Source: Clostridia bacterium
Lineage (GTDB): Bacteria; Bacillota; Clostridia; Christensenellales; Borkfalkiaceae
Length of the DNA stretch: 64,000 nt
Assembly: GCA_017886545.1 (NCBI GenBank)
Contig: JAGHJS010000046.1
Coordinates: forward strand, 22,400 to 86,399
Direction of reading: 5' to 3'
The position numbers and the translations under genes are program-made. This document shows positions 58,765-64,000 of the stretch, piece by piece. The notes beneath the pieces were generated by a model. That model was not told the DNA's origin. It worked only from the letters and a program-made list of their open reading frames with translations, and searched no databases. Positions within the stretch are counted from its first letter, which is position 1; each line of letters opens with the position of its first letter.

Positions 58765-59658
58765 TTATAAAAGACCTCCGACGGGATCCACATTCTTTTT
58801 GAGATGTTCAATAAATTTTGTGACCGCACGAGAAACGGGCTGATACTTTTTCCAGACCACAACACTTGAAACGGTCAGCTCAGGATAAAACGGTCTGAAA
58901 ACAATATTCGGATTATCGTACAGCGCTACGGCTCCGTCAATGCAGAGCGCCGCCCCGATCCCGTTGTCCACCAGCATGGCGGCATTATAGATCAGGTTAT
59001 AGGTCACATAAATATCCAGCTTGTCATACACATCGCCGAACCAGCCGACAACGCCCTGTGCCATGGAACGTTTTGACGCAAACACCCTATGCCCGAGCAG
59101 ATCTTCCGCCGTGATGTGATCTTTTTTTGCCAGATCCCAGGCAGCCGGAAGGATCGCACCCCACCGCTCCTTTCCGCCGAACCGCAAATATTCGTATTTC
59201 GAAAGATCGGCAGGCTCCAAAAGAACGCCGATGTCAAGCAATCCCCGCTCCAGTCTTTCGCGTATAAAGTCTGCGTTGTTGGAATAGAGATCGAAACGAA
59301 TATTCGGGAATTTGTCGCTGAATGAACGCATCAATTCGGCAAGGCGGCGCATCGATTCGGCTTCACCGCTCCCGATCGAAATGATCCCGCCAAGCGCATT
59401 CCCTTCATCCCTGAATTCGCGCTCCGTCTTTTCCGTCAGCTCGACGATCTCCTGCGCGCGGCGGAACAGCAAAAGCCCCGCGTCCGTCAGGGCGATATTC
59501 CTCCAGCCGCGCGTGAACAGCTGCGTGCCCAATTCCTCCTCCAACTGCATAAGCTGGCGGGAAAGAGCCGGCTGTGAAATATGTAACAATTCAGAAGCCC
59601 GCGTAATATTCTGCTCACGCGCAACCGTCAGAAAATATTTTAATACCCGATATTCCAT
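58765..59658 (-). CDS. LysR family transcriptional regulator
   Basis: NITRAS-LHISQPALSRQL-LEEELG-LF helix-turn-helix. Confidence 0.94.
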   Translation of the reverse strand: MEYRVLKYFLTVAREQNITRASELLHISQPALSRQLMQLEEELGTQLFTRGWRNIALTDAGLLLFRRAQEIVELTEKTEREFRDEGNALGGIISIGSGEAESMRRLAELMRSFSDKFPNIRFDLYSNNADFIRERLERGLLDIGVLLEPADLSKYEYLRFGGKERWGAILPAAWDLAKKDHITAEDLLGHRVFASKRSMAQGVVGWFGDVYDKLDIYVTYNLIYNAAMLVDNGIGAALCIDGAVALYDNPNIVFRPFYPELTVSSVVVWKKYQPVSRAVTKFIEHLKKNVDPVGGLL

Positions 59659-59778
59659 TTTCCGCTCCGTGAATCGCAGATTGCATACCATGCAATAAAA
59701 TTATATCACAGCGGAAAATGTTTTGCAAGCCTGCCTTGGATATGACGGCGCAGAAAACGCCACCCGCATACGCAGGCT

Positions 59779-60207
59779 TCAGCGCAACTGCATATATGTT
59801 TCGTCCGTGACTGCCTCCAGCCACTCGTTGCTGCGGTCCTCTCCCGGCACTTCTACCGCGATATGAGAAAACCAGGAGTCCTTTTTCGCACCGTGCCAGT
59901 GCTTGACCCCGGCGGGGATCACAACAACATCGCCGGGCGCAAGACTGCGCGCGTCCTTTCCCCATTCCTGGTACCAGCCCTCTCCCGCAATGCAGAGCAG
60001 GATCTGTCCGCCTCCTTTTTTGGCGTGATGGATATGCCAATTGTTGCGGCACCCGGGTTCAAACGTCACATTCGCAAAAAGCAACCCGCATTCCTCAGGC
60101 GACGTCAGAGGGTTAAGATACGATTTTCCTATAAAAAACTGTGCAAACGCATTGTTCTCTTGCCCGGTCCCGAATATATTTTTCTGTTCAAATGCTTCAT
60201 CTTTCAT
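59779..60207 (-). CDS. Cupin domain protein
   Basis: NVTFEPGCRNNWHIH, GQIL and KHWHGA motifs. Confidence 0.9.
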   Translation of the reverse strand: MKDEAFEQKNIFGTGQENNAFAQFFIGKSYLNPLTSPEECGLLFANVTFEPGCRNNWHIHHAKKGGGQILLCIAGEGWYQEWGKDARSLAPGDVVVIPAGVKHWHGAKKDSWFSHIAVEVPGEDRSNEWLEAVTDETYMQLR

Positions 60208-60473
60208 CTGCCGTTCCTCCGTATTATTACTCGCTGTTCTGAGCGCTATCATTATAGCACCGGCGGCGGCGGTGTGTCGAATGCTTATTTTCTATTTTCT
60301 GCCATGCATTGAAGGTATAAAACAGGCGGCTTTCCGCGAAAGCCGCCTGTTTCATCGTTTCTTTCTTTTTTCTTCTGTCCGACAATCATTTTACGCAGGG
60401 TATGCCTGTCTTCCATTGCCTCGCATGCAGGCAGAGCTCCGTACCTGCATTCCGTTCTGTCGCATAAGTGCGC

Positions 60474-60893
60474 CTATTGCCTCGCAGCGATCCCGCCAAG
60501 CGCTTCACATGCCGCAAGCGCATCCGCATCAGGTGCCCCGAACGCTGTCAGCCCGTCCGCAATGAGGATCGCCCCGTCTGCTTCGGCCCTGGTCTGCCAT
60601 GTCCGCATCCATTCGCCGTCCGCCCATTCATAGGAACCGAACAGTCCGATCTTTTTTCCTTTCAGTTCTCCTTCAACGGTGGCAAAGAACGGCTCAAACT
60701 CGCTTTCTTCCAGCTCCTCCGACCCCATGGCGGGGCAGCCGAACAAAACGACATCGCTCTCCAAGACGGACGCGTCGGCTTCCGAAACGGGCAAAACGCG
60801 GACCTCTGCGCCTTCCCTTTTTGCACCCTTCGCAACGGCTTCCGCCATTGCCTCCGTATTACCCGTTCCCGACCAATACACGATCGTGATCAT
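60474..60893 (-). CDS. Short-chain flavodoxin
   Basis: VYWSGTGNTE-MA, GCPAMG and FGSYEW motifs; AGGAGG ribosome-binding site. Confidence 0.93.
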   Translation of the reverse strand: MITIVYWSGTGNTEAMAEAVAKGAKREGAEVRVLPVSEADASVLESDVVLFGCPAMGSEELEESEFEPFFATVEGELKGKKIGLFGSYEWADGEWMRTWQTRAEADGAILIADGLTAFGAPDADALAACEALGGIAARQ

Positions 60894-61461
60894 CTTCCGA
60901 ATCCTCCTTCTTTGATGTTTCTGTTTTAAAGATCGCCGTAAGCGGCGTCCCTTCCGTAAGTTTACGGCAAATGCAGCAACTGCAGCGCCTGTACCGCTCA
61001 AAAATTTTTGCCTTGCCGTCCGGATCGGCATACACTTTCCAATATCCCGAAAGGCATACCCCCTTGCAGGGATCCCGCATGAATCCCGCAACATCTTCCA
61101 GCGGATACCCTAAAAAAATACCGATCTCGTGCGGAAATTTTTCTTCTCCTTCCAACCGCTTTTTCAATTCGTCCACTGCGCTCTCAATATCCGAATACGC
61201 ATAACCGCATCCCGACAAAAAACGGCGGTTAGCCCCATCTTCCAAAATGGCGCGCAGCCGCGGGCGATGAAAGACATAAATCAGCAATTTTTTATCCTGC
61301 TCGCGCAGGACCGTAAAGCGAAAATCCTTTCCCGCAAAGCAGCGCGCATAATACCGAAGAGCGGCTGTCTGATCACGCCTTATCCAAAACAAACTTGCCG
61401 CTTTCAATCCGGCAAACGTGATGCCGCAATGGAATCCGAGTGCATATTCCGTTTCGCTCAT
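60859..61461 (-). CDS. DUF3793 family protein
   Basis: HC-T-AGLK-ASL, FPHEIGIFLGYPLEDV-GF and GYWKVY motifs; adjacent to flavodoxin. Confidence 0.85.
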   Translation of the reverse strand: MSETEYALGFHCGITFAGLKAASLFWIRRDQTAALRYYARCFAGKDFRFTVLREQDKKLLIYVFHRPRLRAILEDGANRRFLSGCGYAYSDIESAVDELKKRLEGEEKFPHEIGIFLGYPLEDVAGFMRDPCKGVCLSGYWKVYADPDGKAKIFERYRRCSCCICRKLTEGTPLTAIFKTETSKKEDSEDDHDRVLVGNG

Positions 61462-61488
61462 CCGCCCCTCCCTTCTCTTTTTTATCAT

Positions 61489-61538
61489 AGTATACAGCCG
61501 CAAGCGAAAAAGGTCAAGAATAAATTAACTAAAGTTAA
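61489..61538 (-). promoter_or_regulatory. Promoter of the DUF3793-flavodoxin operon with upstream palindrome
   Basis: TTGACC-17-TATACT (61489-61517); TTAACT-AA-AGTTAA at 61525-61538. Confidence 0.6.
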
Positions 61539-61611
61539 CTATGATACCGCGCAAAATCCGTCTGCAATTTAAAAAAGCTCCCTGCCTGTTCGCAGAGAGC
61601 ATGCTTACTTT

Positions 61612-62214
61612 TCAATGTTCGGATCGTTTTTCGTCGATGTAACTTGCCGTAAGATCCGAAACGTGCAGCAAGACCGCAAGAGGAAATTTCGCAAACGCCT
61701 CCCCGACCGAATAGTCGCCGCCGCGGCAACGGGTATCGAATCCGCCCATATGCCAATTGATCGCCATCGCTTCTTCCCGCGTCAGCCGCAAAAAACTGTT
61801 GGCAATGTATACGGATTTTTCGCCGTGACCGAACGGAAGCAATTCATCGCGCGCGTAATAAGGTTTTTTGACCCATTCCCCGTTTTCCTTCACGTTGCGG
61901 TAATCCGTTTTATAGAAATCGATTTTGCAAAGATCATGCAGCAACCCGCAGATCGCTACGGTTTCGTGCGAAACGACGTTTTCCCATTCCTCTCCGTATT
62001 CCTGCTGCACGTTGCGCAAAAGGCGCCTGTATACATTCACGCTGTGTTCGCACAGCCCGCCCTCATATGCGCAATGGTAGCGCGTGCTGGCAGGCGCGCG
62101 GAAAAAGTCTGACCGAAGAAGGTAGGCGCGCAGTTCGGCGCTCCCCTGCCTTTTGATATGTGCATCGTAAATTTCCAGAAAAGCCCCCTGCGGGTCCTTC
62201 ATCTGTTCTGCCAT
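61612..62214 (-). CDS. HD-domain hydrolase
   Basis: APASTRYH-GGL-EHS, LLHDLCK, GHGEKS and WHMG motifs. Confidence 0.88.
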   Translation of the reverse strand: MAEQMKDPQGAFLEIYDAHIKRQGSAELRAYLLRSDFFRAPASTRYHCAYEGGLCEHSVNVYRRLLRNVQQEYGEEWENVVSHETVAICGLLHDLCKIDFYKTDYRNVKENGEWVKKPYYARDELLPFGHGEKSVYIANSFLRLTREEAMAINWHMGGFDTRCRGGDYSVGEAFAKFPLAVLLHVSDLTASYIDEKRSEH

Positions 62215-62364
62215 CGCAACCTCTCCTTCTCTTTTCTGTCTTTTAAATATTGTAACAATTTGCTGCGGAGATGTCAATGATTTCCCTTCCGCAAGAATTA
62301 CCGCCACGCTTGACAAAACCGATAAAGCCGTCTATAATTCTAAGCAAACGGGAGGTTATCGGTC

Positions 62365-62985
62365 ATGAAAGTTTTACTGATCAACGGCAGCCCGCATGAA
62401 AAGGGCTGCACCTATACGGCATTGCTGGAAGTTTCCCATGCGCTTGCAAAACGCGGCGTAGGCTCGGACTTTCTGCATATCGGCACAAAACCCATCGCGG
62501 GATGCATAGCATGCAGGAGCTGCGCACAGACAGGAAAGTGCGTATTCAACGATAAGGTAAACGAAACGCTCGCCAAGCTGGACGAATACGGCGGCATCGT
62601 TGTCGGGTCTCCGGTCTATTACGCCGGTCCTTCCGGGCAGCTGACCGCTTTCCTCGACAGACTGTTTTACAGCAGCCGCGGCAGATTCGAAAACAAACTC
62701 GGCGCGGCGATCATGTCCTGCCGGAGAGGCGGCGCAAGCGCCACGTTCGACAGGCTGAACAAATATTTTACGATCAGCAACATGCATATCGTAGGCTCGC
62801 AGTATTGGAACCAGGTGCACGGCAACACGCCCGAAGAAGTTTTGCAGGATGCGGAAGGTCTGCAGACGATGCGCACCCTCGGCGAAAACATGGCATGGCT
62901 CCTGCAATGTATCGAGGCAGGAAAAGCCGCCGGCATCCCCGCCCCCGTACGGGAGACCCCGCTTCGTACTAATTTTATACGATGA
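62365..62985 (+). CDS. Flavodoxin-family / iron-sulfur flavoprotein (NADPH-dependent FMN reductase fold)
   Basis: INGSP-GCT, CIACRSC-C, GSPVYY and RRGG motifs. Confidence 0.9.
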   Translation: MKVLLINGSPHEKGCTYTALLEVSHALAKRGVGSDFLHIGTKPIAGCIACRSCAQTGKCVFNDKVNETLAKLDEYGGIVVGSPVYYAGPSGQLTAFLDRLFYSSRGRFENKLGAAIMSCRRGGASATFDRLNKYFTISNMHIVGSQYWNQVHGNTPEEVLQDAEGLQTMRTLGENMAWLLQCIEAGKAAGIPAPVRETPLRTNFIR

Positions 62986-63050
62986 ACGGCTCAGAAGCCA
63001 TAAACGGCATTGTGCCCGCGCCAAACCGCGCGGGCACAATTTTTTATACG

Positions 63051-64000
63051 TCAAACAATTATAAATTTGCCTTCTCTGACCATGACTTTTGCACGCAGGC
63101 GTACATCGCTCACAGACGCGCCGACAAGGATCTCGTATACCCCGTCGTCAACGATCCAACGATCCTTTGAAACAGACCAATACGCAAAAGCCCTTTCCGC
63201 AAGTTTTATCTGCACGTTTACCGCGGAGCCGGCCGCAACGTCGCGTTTATCGAATGCCTTCAGCTCTTTCGACGGGCGGTACACTTTCGGCGCACAGGGA
63301 CGAACATAGATCTGCGAAACTTCTTTGCCGTCTCTTTCGGAAAGATTGCGCAGCGTATATTCCGCATAAACCGCACCGTCCGCAACGCGCAGGCGAAGAT
63401 CTTCGTACGAAAATGCCGAATAACTCAGCCCGTGCCCGAACGGATACAAGACCGGCTCGCCATACGTATCGAAATAGCGATAGCCGACGTCCAACCCTTC
63501 CTGATAGCGCGTAACGCCCGCCGTAAAAAAGGTATTGGCGGCAGGCACATCTTCCAGACAAAGCGGGAATGTTTCGCTCAGCTTTCCGCTCGGGTTTTTA
63601 ACCCCCGTCAGAAGATCGGCGATCGCTTCATCGCTGTCCATGCCGCAGAACCCGACGTATAACACAGCATTTACTCTGTCGATCCAAGCGCTCATATCGA
63701 TCGCCGCACCGGCAAACACGATCACGACCGTGTTTGCATTTTGTTCCGCCGCGTCAAGGATCGCACGCTCCTGGTGTATCGGCAGACGCATCGTTTTGCG
63801 GTCGTTCTCCTCATATTCCACTGACGCACCGGTCCCGACGCAGACGATGCTGACATCGCACAATGCGGCATTTTCTGCGGCAATACGGGCTTCCTGCCCA
63901 AACGACCAGATCGTTTCAGGATCGAACGCGCCTTCATACATAACATTTTCCCCGCGCGCGGAAAGCGCCGCAGGCAAATCGAACTTACCGTTCTTCCAAT
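63051..64000 (-). CDS. GH3 beta-glucosidase, C-terminal part; 5' end lies outside the window
   Basis: E-DR, NPSGKLSETFP, Y-EGL-VGYRYFD, PFGHGLSY, EVSQIY and ELKAF motifs. Confidence 0.92.
   Translation of the reverse strand, partial: WKNGKFDLPAALSARGENVMYEGAFDPETIWSFGQEARIAAENAALCDVSIVCVGTGASVEYEENDRKTMRLPIHQERAILDAAEQNANTVVIVFAGAAIDMSAWIDRVNAVLYVGFCGMDSDEAIADLLTGVKNPSGKLSETFPLCLEDVPAANTFFTAGVTRYQEGLDVGYRYFDTYGEPVLYPFGHGLSYSAFSYEDLRLRVADGAVYAEYTLRNLSERDGKEVSQIYVRPCAPKVYRPSKELKAFDKRDVAAGSAVNVQIKLAERAFAYWSVSKDRWIVDDGVYEILVGASVSDVRLRAKVMVREGKFIIV

Overview
Chromosomal segment of an anaerobic Firmicute. The gene content points to Clostridia; I cannot place it more finely from sequence alone. Bases 1-8.3 kb hold housekeeping genes (pepF 3' end, dnaB, sua5, LMW phosphatase, rpiB, galU, amidohydrolase, mscS, peptidase E), followed by abutting tRNA-Leu(CAG) and tRNA-Val(CAC) and an unannotated C-terminal tyrosine-integrase remnant. 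Bases 9.1-22.4 kb hold a glycyl-radical microcompartment locus of the GRM5 type (B12-independent 1,2-propanediol dehydratase plus aldolase, fucose/rhamnose fermentation) with two look-alike promoters and a DeoR regulator. Bases 22.5-25.7 kb are the most unusual part: a minus-strand operon, divergent from a Cys-bearing HxlR regulator. It encodes a 48-aa ACGx-repeat peptide missing from the ORF track, a radical SAM/SPASM maturase interrupted by one in-frame TGA, a nitroreductase and a class M sirtuin (SirTM) with no macrodomain partner. Next come lysA, a site-2 protease and scpAB. After ~29.6 kb almost all genes are on the minus strand: hflX, a Xer-like recombinase with a 13-7-13 inverted repeat upstream, two trypsin-domain lipoproteins, a glycogen operon whose glgC has an in-frame TAA, tRNA-Leu(GAG), slt-coaE-polA, ABC-F, hsp20 with two CIRCE elements, rnhA, proC, tRNA-Trp (plus strand), an oxidoreductase/LysR cassette, flavodoxin genes and a partial GH3. 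No CRISPR array, rRNA or intact mobile element was seen. All calls come from reading motifs by eye; no searches were run.
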